Assembly: GCA_016195665.1 (NCBI GenBank)
Contig: JACPZD010000001.1
Span: 282,848-346,847 of the forward strand
DNA length: 64,000 nucleotides
Reading direction: 5' to 3'
Source: Gammaproteobacteria bacterium
GTDB taxonomy: Bacteria > Pseudomonadota > Gammaproteobacteria > SURF-13
Shown: piece by piece, positions 58,600-64,000 of the stretch
How positions within the stretch are numbered: the first letter of the stretch is position 1
Layout of the letters: each line of letters begins with the position of its first letter
Made by a program: the position numbers and the translations under genes
Notes under the pieces: model-generated
What the model was told of the DNA's origin: nothing
The model's database searches: none
Seen by the model: only the letters and a program-made list of their open reading frames with translations

Positions 58600-60732
58600 G
58601 TGCAACACCAACCCCTCCACATCCTCCGCACCGTGTTCGGCTACGAACACTTCCGCGCGCCGCAGGACGAGGTCATCCGCGCCCTCATGGCGGGCAGCGA
58701 TGCACTGGTGCTCATGCCCACCGGCGGCGGCAAGTCGCTCTGTTTCCAGATTCCGTCTATCGTGCGTCCGGGCACAGGCGTTGTCGTCTCGCCGTTGATT
58801 TCGCTCATGCAGGACCAGGTGGCGGCGCTCAAACAGGCCGGCGTGCGTGCGGCATTTCTCAACTCCACGCTCGATGCCGCCACAGCGCGCGCGGTCGAGC
58901 AACAGCTCCTGCGCGGCGAGCTCGACCTGCTTTACGTCGCGCCCGAGCGCCTGATGACCGAGCGCACGCTCGACCTGCTGGCGCGGTCGAACATTGCACT
59001 GTTCGCCATCGACGAGGCGCACTGCGTCTCGCAGTGGGGCCATGACTTCCGCCCCGAGTACATTCAGCTCTCGGTGCTGCACGAGCGCTTCCCCGGCATC
59101 CCGCGCATCGCCCTCACCGCCACGGCCGACGAGCCCACGCGGCGCGAGATCATCGCGCGCCTGGGACTCGAAAACGCGCGCATCTTCATCAGCGGCTTCG
59201 ACCGCCCCAACATCCGCTACCGTATCGCCCAGGCGGATAGTGGCGGCGGCAGCGCGCGCGAACAACTGCTGCGCTTCATCCGCACCGAACACGCGGGCGA
59301 GGCCGGCATCGTCTATTGTTTATCGCGCAAGCGTGTGGACGAAATCGCCGCCTGGCTCGAAGCCCAAGGCCTGGACGCGCTGCCCTATCACGCCGGGCTT
59401 TCCGCCGAGGTGCGCGAGCGCAACCAGTCGCGCTTCATCAACGAGGAAGGCGTCATCATCGTCGCCACCATCGCTTTCGGCATGGGCATAGACAAGCCCA
59501 ACGTGCGCTTCGTCGCGCACCTGAATCTGCCCAAGAGCATCGAGGCCTATTACCAGGAAACCGGCCGCGCCGGGCGCGATGGCCTGCCCGCTGATGCATG
59601 GATGATCTACGGCCTGCAGGACGTCATCACCCTGCGCCAGATGCTGGAGACCGGCGCTGCGGACGACACACACAAGCGCGTCGAACGCCACAAGCTCGAC
59701 GCCATGCTGGGATTATGTGAGATCACGACCTGCCGCCGCCAGGCTCTGCTCGCGTATTTCAGCGACCCGCTGCCCAAACCCTGCGGCAACTGCGACACCT
59801 GCCTGGAACCGCCCGAAACCTGGGACGCCAGCGTGCCCGCGCAGAAGGCGCTCTCCTGCATCCACCGCACCGGACAAAGATTCGGCGTGAACTATCTGGT
59901 AGACGTGCTGCTGGGCAAAGCCGATGAGCGCATCCAGCGCTTTGGCCATGACCAGATCAGCACTTTCGGCATCGGCAAGGATTTGGGCCAGCAAGAATGG
60001 CGCGGCGTGTTCCGCCAGCTCATCGCGCGCGGTCTGCTCGCCGTGGACCTCGAAGGCCACGGCGCACTTAAACTCGGCGACGCCTGCCGCCCCGTGTTGC
60101 GTGGCGAAAAGCGCGTCATGCTGCGCCGCGAAACCAAGCCCGAAAAGACCAAGAAAACCAAAACCACGCGCGCAGCGCGCGGCCCCTTCAGCCAGGAAAC
60201 CGACCAGCGTCTGTGGGAAGCGTTACGCGCCCGCCGCCTGGAAATCGCCAAGGCGCAAGGCGTACCGCCCTACGTCGTGTTCCACGACGCCACCCTCACC
60301 GAAATGATCGCCCGCCGCCCGCAGACGCTGGAAGAACTCGCGCATATCACCGGCATCGGCGAACGCAAACTCGCCGCCTACGGTGAGGATTTTCTCGAAA
60401 TCATCCGCGCGCACGCGCGCGATGACGACAAGGACGCCGCCGTCAGCGACACCGCCGCCGAAACCCTGCGACTGTTGCGGCTCGGCCTGGACATCCCCGC
60501 CATCGCCACCCGCCGGGGCCTGAAAGAGAGCACCCTCTACAACCACCTCGCACTAGCCATCACGAGCGGCGAAATCAAACTGCGTGAGGTCGTGCCGCTG
60601 GATGAGGAAGAACTAACCCGCATCCGCGCAGCCCTGCACGCCAACGGCGGACAGGCGCTCAAGCCGGTGTTTGAGACATTGGGTGGGCGGTATTCTTATG
60701 GGATGTTGCAGTGTGTGCGGGCAGCGGAATAA
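58600..60732 (+). CDS. recQ: ATP-dependent DNA helicase RecQ (with HRDC and extra C-terminal HTH-like domain)
   Basis: Helicase motifs ([14 protein letters not shown]; [14 protein letters not shown]), a zinc-binding/RQC region ([10 protein letters not shown]...CGNCDTC) and HRDC. 710 aa. Confidence 0.9.
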   Translation: MQHQPLHILRTVFGYEHFRAPQDEVIRALMAGSDALVLMPTGGGKSLCFQIPSIVRPGTGVVVSPLISLMQDQVAALKQAGVRAAFLNSTLDAATARAVEQQLLRGELDLLYVAPERLMTERTLDLLARSNIALFAIDEAHCVSQWGHDFRPEYIQLSVLHERFPGIPRIALTATADEPTRREIIARLGLENARIFISGFDRPNIRYRIAQADSGGGSAREQLLRFIRTEHAGEAGIVYCLSRKRVDEIAAWLEAQGLDALPYHAGLSAEVRERNQSRFINEEGVIIVATIAFGMGIDKPNVRFVAHLNLPKSIEAYYQETGRAGRDGLPADAWMIYGLQDVITLRQMLETGAADDTHKRVERHKLDAMLGLCEITTCRRQALLAYFSDPLPKPCGNCDTCLEPPETWDASVPAQKALSCIHRTGQRFGVNYLVDVLLGKADERIQRFGHDQISTFGIGKDLGQQEWRGVFRQLIARGLLAVDLEGHGALKLGDACRPVLRGEKRVMLRRETKPEKTKKTKTTRAARGPFSQETDQRLWEALRARRLEIAKAQGVPPYVVFHDATLTEMIARRPQTLEELAHITGIGERKLAAYGEDFLEIIRAHARDDDKDAAVSDTAAETLRLLRLGLDIPAIATRRGLKESTLYNHLALAITSGEIKLREVVPLDEEELTRIRAALHANGGQALKPVFETLGGRYSYGMLQCVRAAE

Positions 60733-60824
60733 GGTGCCTCAGCGGAATGTGTTAATGCAATATCTGATCACGTGTGCTTTTTGATTGGTAGTATCCCTCA
60801 CTATGGTTTGCCATAATCACCTGC

Positions 60825-62297
60825 ATGGGCGAGATAGCCATCCAAAGCTCTATTGATGCCGCAAGGCTTGACGTCGGCAGTTCGCTTGAAGCGAACCGAA
60901 AATCCGAGCTCGGCCAGTTCATGACGCCTGCGGCAATCGCTACGTTCATGACGTCCCTTTTCTCCGCCACGACCAAGACAATACACCTGCTGGACGCCGG
61001 CGCAGGGGTGGGCTCGCTCACAAGCGCCTTCCTCGATCGTTTCCAAAGTTCGACAGCTTTGGTCGAGGCGTGGGAGATCGATCCATTATTGAAGATGCAT
61101 CTGGCCGATATGCTGGCTTCGTATGCCCGCGCGGGATTGGCGAGCACGATTCATAATTCCGACTTTATCGAGGATGCGGTTTGGAATATCTCGATGGAGG
61201 GAGGCCAACGATTTACCCATGCCATCCTTAACCCGCCCTATCGAAAAATAAAGAGCGACAGTAAGTACCGCTACTTGTTGCGGGATGTGGGTATCGAGAC
61301 GGTCAATCTCTATACCGCGTTTCTCGCGTTGGCTATCCTGCTCATGGAGGAAGATGGCGAGATAGTGGCCATTGTTCCAAGGTCTTTTTGCAACGGAACC
61401 TATTACCGCCCGTTTCGGGAGCAGTTACTGCAAAGCTGCGCCATCGAACATATCCATGTGTTCGAGGCAAGAAACAAGGCATTCAGCGACGATGATGTGC
61501 TCCAGGAGAACATCATCGTCAAGCTCAAGAAGGCCGGGACACAAGGTGCTGTAACGGTGAGCGAGAGTCACGACGCTACATTCAGCGATTACCACGCGCG
61601 TGCATTGCCATTCGGCCGGATCGTCAAAGATGGCGATGCGGAGCGTTTCATTCACATTCCTGTACTTGCCAATGCCGGTGATGGCACACACGGGTTGTTT
61701 AGCCATAGCCTGAAAGAACTCGGCATTGAGGTTTGTACCGGTCCCGTTGTTGATTTCAGGCTGCGGGGGCATTGCCGCCCGGAACCGGACCCCGGCACGG
61801 TCCCTCTGATTTATGCCCATCACTTTTCTGATGGGAAGCTTGTTTATCCAAAGACACACAAGAAACCGAATGCGATTCTGTTGGCGGAGGAAACCCGGAA
61901 ATGGCTGATGCCAAAGGGCTTCTATGTCCTGACCAAGCGCTTCTCCAGCAAGGAAGAGCGCCGCCGGGTCGTCGCATTCGTGATCGACCCGAATGAACTG
62001 CCTGCGCCGTTCTATGGCTTCGAGAACCATCTGAATGTTTTTCATATCGCAAAACATGGCATGGACAAGGAAACCGCACTCGGTATGGCGCTGTTCCTGA
62101 ATTCAACGGTCGTGGATTCCCATTTCCGGGTTTTTTCGGGCCACACGCAGGTGAACGCGACAGACCTGCGGCAGATGCGTTACCCGAGCCACGAGCAGTT
62201 GTTGGAGCTTGGCCGGCTGGCGACAGCGGAAGCCCGCGATCAGGCCGCTATCGACCGATTGATAAAAGAAGTCGAAACAAGATGGCAGTCAAAGTAA
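60825..62297 (+). CDS. Type II N6-adenine DNA methyltransferase (M.BsuBI/M.PstI-like, Eco57I-type gamma class)
   Basis: SAM motif LDAGAGVGSL and catalytic ILNPPYRKIK. Adjacent to a BsuBI/PstI-family REase. Confidence 0.8.
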   Translation: MGEIAIQSSIDAARLDVGSSLEANRKSELGQFMTPAAIATFMTSLFSATTKTIHLLDAGAGVGSLTSAFLDRFQSSTALVEAWEIDPLLKMHLADMLASYARAGLASTIHNSDFIEDAVWNISMEGGQRFTHAILNPPYRKIKSDSKYRYLLRDVGIETVNLYTAFLALAILLMEEDGEIVAIVPRSFCNGTYYRPFREQLLQSCAIEHIHVFEARNKAFSDDDVLQENIIVKLKKAGTQGAVTVSESHDATFSDYHARALPFGRIVKDGDAERFIHIPVLANAGDGTHGLFSHSLKELGIEVCTGPVVDFRLRGHCRPEPDPGTVPLIYAHHFSDGKLVYPKTHKKPNAILLAEETRKWLMPKGFYVLTKRFSSKEERRRVVAFVIDPNELPAPFYGFENHLNVFHIAKHGMDKETALGMALFLNSTVVDSHFRVFSGHTQVNATDLRQMRYPSHEQLLELGRLATAEARDQAAIDRLIKEVETRWQSK

Positions 62298-63236
62298 AAC
62301 ATATTCAGGAAGCGTTAACCGTTCTGAGCGAGCTGGGCATGCCCAATGAGCAGCTACACGAACGCACCGCCATCTGTCTGCTGGCGTTGCTGGACTTAAC
62401 GAAGGACAGGGCCTGGAGCGATGCTCAAGACCCGAGACTGGGTATCCGCGCAATCCTCGACTTCGCGCGCAGCAAATACAAACGCCTCTACGCGGAGAAC
62501 ACCCGCGAAACCATCCGCGATGAAAGCATCAAGCCATTGGTATCGGCCGGCGTAGTCATGCACAACCCGGACGACACGTCCCGCGCCGTAAACAGCCCCA
62601 AGAACTGCTATCAGGTTGAGCCGGCCGCGCTCGCGCTTTTCCGCACCTTCGGGAAGAGAACATGGGGCGGAACATTAACCGCTTATCTCTCCGGGCGTCT
62701 GACGCTGGCCGATAAATATGCGCGCCATCGCGACATGGCCAGAATCCCCGTCCGGATCAAGGACGGGGAGACCATCACCCTGAGCGCAGGCGAACATTCA
62801 GAACTCATTCGCGCTATTCTCGAGGAGTTCTCGCCGCGCTTTGTTCCGAATGGCGAACTCATCTACGTGGGCGACACAGGCAGTAAATGGGGGGTACTTC
62901 GATCGAGACCTCCTTGGGTCGCTAGGTATTGATGTCGGCCAGCACGGCAGGATGCCGGACGTGGTGATTTATTTCCGCGAGAAGAACTGGTTGATACTGG
63001 CCGATGCGGTAACAAGCAGCGGCCCGGTAGACGGGCGCAGACATGCCGAGATATCCGAGCTGTTCAGGGACTCGACCGCGGGGCTCGTTTATGTCACGGC
63101 CTTCCCAAGCCGCGGCGAAGTCATGCGGAAATATCTGTCCGTGATTGCATGGGAAACGGAGGTGTGGAGCGCGGATGCACCAACGCATCTTATCCACTTC
63201 AATGGCAGCCGTTTCTTGGGCCCGTACTCAAAGTGA
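62282..63236 (+). pseudogene. BsuBI/PstI-family type II restriction endonuclease, disrupted by +1 frameshift at a G6 run (62889-62894)
   Basis: N-terminal domain ORF 62282-62932 and C-terminal domain ORF 62841-63236 are in different frames. Removing one G at 62889-62894 gives the contiguous ...YVGDTGSKWGYFDRDLLGSLGIDVGQHGRMPDVVIYF..., typical of PstI-like REases. Confidence 0.7.
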
Positions 63237-63248
63237 GAACATAAGCCC

Positions 63249-63626
63249 ATGGCCGGATTCATATTACGTCTGTTGATTGTTGCGCTTGGGCTCTGGCTGG
63301 CGTCTGAGTTGGTGCCGGGCATAGAGGTGAAAGGCGTAGGGACGTTGCTCGGGGCGGCGCTGTTGCTTGGCATTGTCAATGCCGTGGTGCGGCCGGTGCT
63401 GATTATCCTGACGCTGCCTGCCACTGTCTTCACGCTTGGGCTGTTTCTGCTGGTGATCAATGCGGCGATGCTGGGACTGGTGGCGTGGATGTTCGACAAC
63501 TTCACCATCGCGGGTTTCTGGCCGGCGTTGTTCGGCTCCATTGTCGTGAGCATAACCGGATGGCTCGCGTCGCACTTCATCGGCCCGCGCGGGCGGGTCG
63601 AGATCATCGTGGTACGGAATCGGTGA
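63249..63626 (+). CDS. Phage holin family (4-TM) membrane protein
   Basis: 125 aa with four TM helices and the Gly/Leu-rich pattern of the PF04020-type putative holins. Confidence 0.55.
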   Translation: MAGFILRLLIVALGLWLASELVPGIEVKGVGTLLGAALLLGIVNAVVRPVLIILTLPATVFTLGLFLLVINAAMLGLVAWMFDNFTIAGFWPALFGSIVVSITGWLASHFIGPRGRVEIIVVRNR

Positions 63627-63689
63627 TTTGTTTGATACCCAGATTTCATTCCATCCGGGCTACGTCGACAGGCTCGACGAGTCAAGCCA

Positions 63690-64000
63690 TCAAAACTCGT
63701 ATTCGATCTGCGCCCTGAGCGTATCGTTGGGGGCGGCATCGCTCACTCCATGCAGCCAGGCGGCGTTGTATTTAATCGCCCGGCGTCCTTCCAGGCCGAT
63801 CTTGCCAAACACGGCTGGGCCGAAGCGATGGTTCTGTTCGCTCGCCGGATCCCAATCGTTCCACTTGCCCATCTCGCCAAAGCCCTGCAGGCCAAACTCG
63901 AAGGCCGGTTGCCAGCGGTATTTCACCTGCCACTGATAGCCGATTTCCGTATTGTGCGGCATATCCGGGTCATCCCCGCTGAATCTGCGTTCAAATAGCA
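63690..64000 (-). CDS. Outer-membrane beta-barrel protein, C-terminal fragment (gene continues beyond window end)
   Basis: C-terminus ...LRAQIEYEF with a terminal Phe and alternating aromatic/beta pattern. The frame is open to the window edge. Confidence 0.4.
   Translation of the reverse strand, partial: LFERRFSGDDPDMPHNTEIGYQWQVKYRWQPAFEFGLQGFGEMGKWNDWDPASEQNHRFGPAVFGKIGLEGRRAIKYNAAWLHGVSDAAPNDTLRAQIEYEF

Overview
High-GC proteobacterial chromosomal window (likely a sulfur-oxidiser-like gammaproteobacterium) with dense, mostly housekeeping gene content and several accessory features. Start to end: a partial ECF sigma factor; an 833-bp IS5-family insertion sequence; a porin. A phosphate-scavenging cluster follows: a phytase-like/GDPD multidomain secreted enzyme, a UshA-like 5'-nucleotidase and a metallophosphoesterase. 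Next come a psd-methyltransferase lipid operon, an EAL-CBS-GGDEF protein and phoB without an adjacent phoR. Then sixA plus a fatty-acid-hydroxylase-family gene, tRNA-Gly(CCC), an acyl-CoA synthetase, thiSG, a MazF/RHH toxin-antitoxin pair and trmB. A secreted S8 subtilase follows, whose signal peptide is out of frame behind a 12-G homopolymer. Then comF, the bioBFHCD operon, rpoH, a PleD-like REC-REC-GGDEF regulator, ftsYEX, an M16 peptidase pair, rsmD, coaD and ggt. A large atypical cbb3-type (C-family heme-copper) oxidase region (40-57.3 kb) comes next. It contains ccoN, an elongated ccoO, a heme-less CcoP-like anchor, a CcoQ-like protein, ccoG, FixH-like proteins, a TlpA-like redoxin, several c-type cytochromes, an FGE-domain protein and a fused MFS/spermidine-synthase-TPR protein. 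It also has many micro-ORFs and two stand-alone paralogs that match only the C-terminal helices of CcoN. The window ends with recQ, a BsuBI/PstI-type restriction-modification pair whose REase is frameshifted at a G6 run, and a phage-holin-family gene. Three dispersed intergenic repeat families are present: 7-bp GGTGAGG/CCTCACC inverted tandem arrays, a roughly 100-bp palindromic MITE/REP-like element, and a TTTTTCAACAG-type hairpin array. Candidate Pho boxes occur upstream of the phytase-like gene (with an orphan terminator, suggesting an sRNA or attenuated leader) and upstream of the psd-methyltransferase operon.
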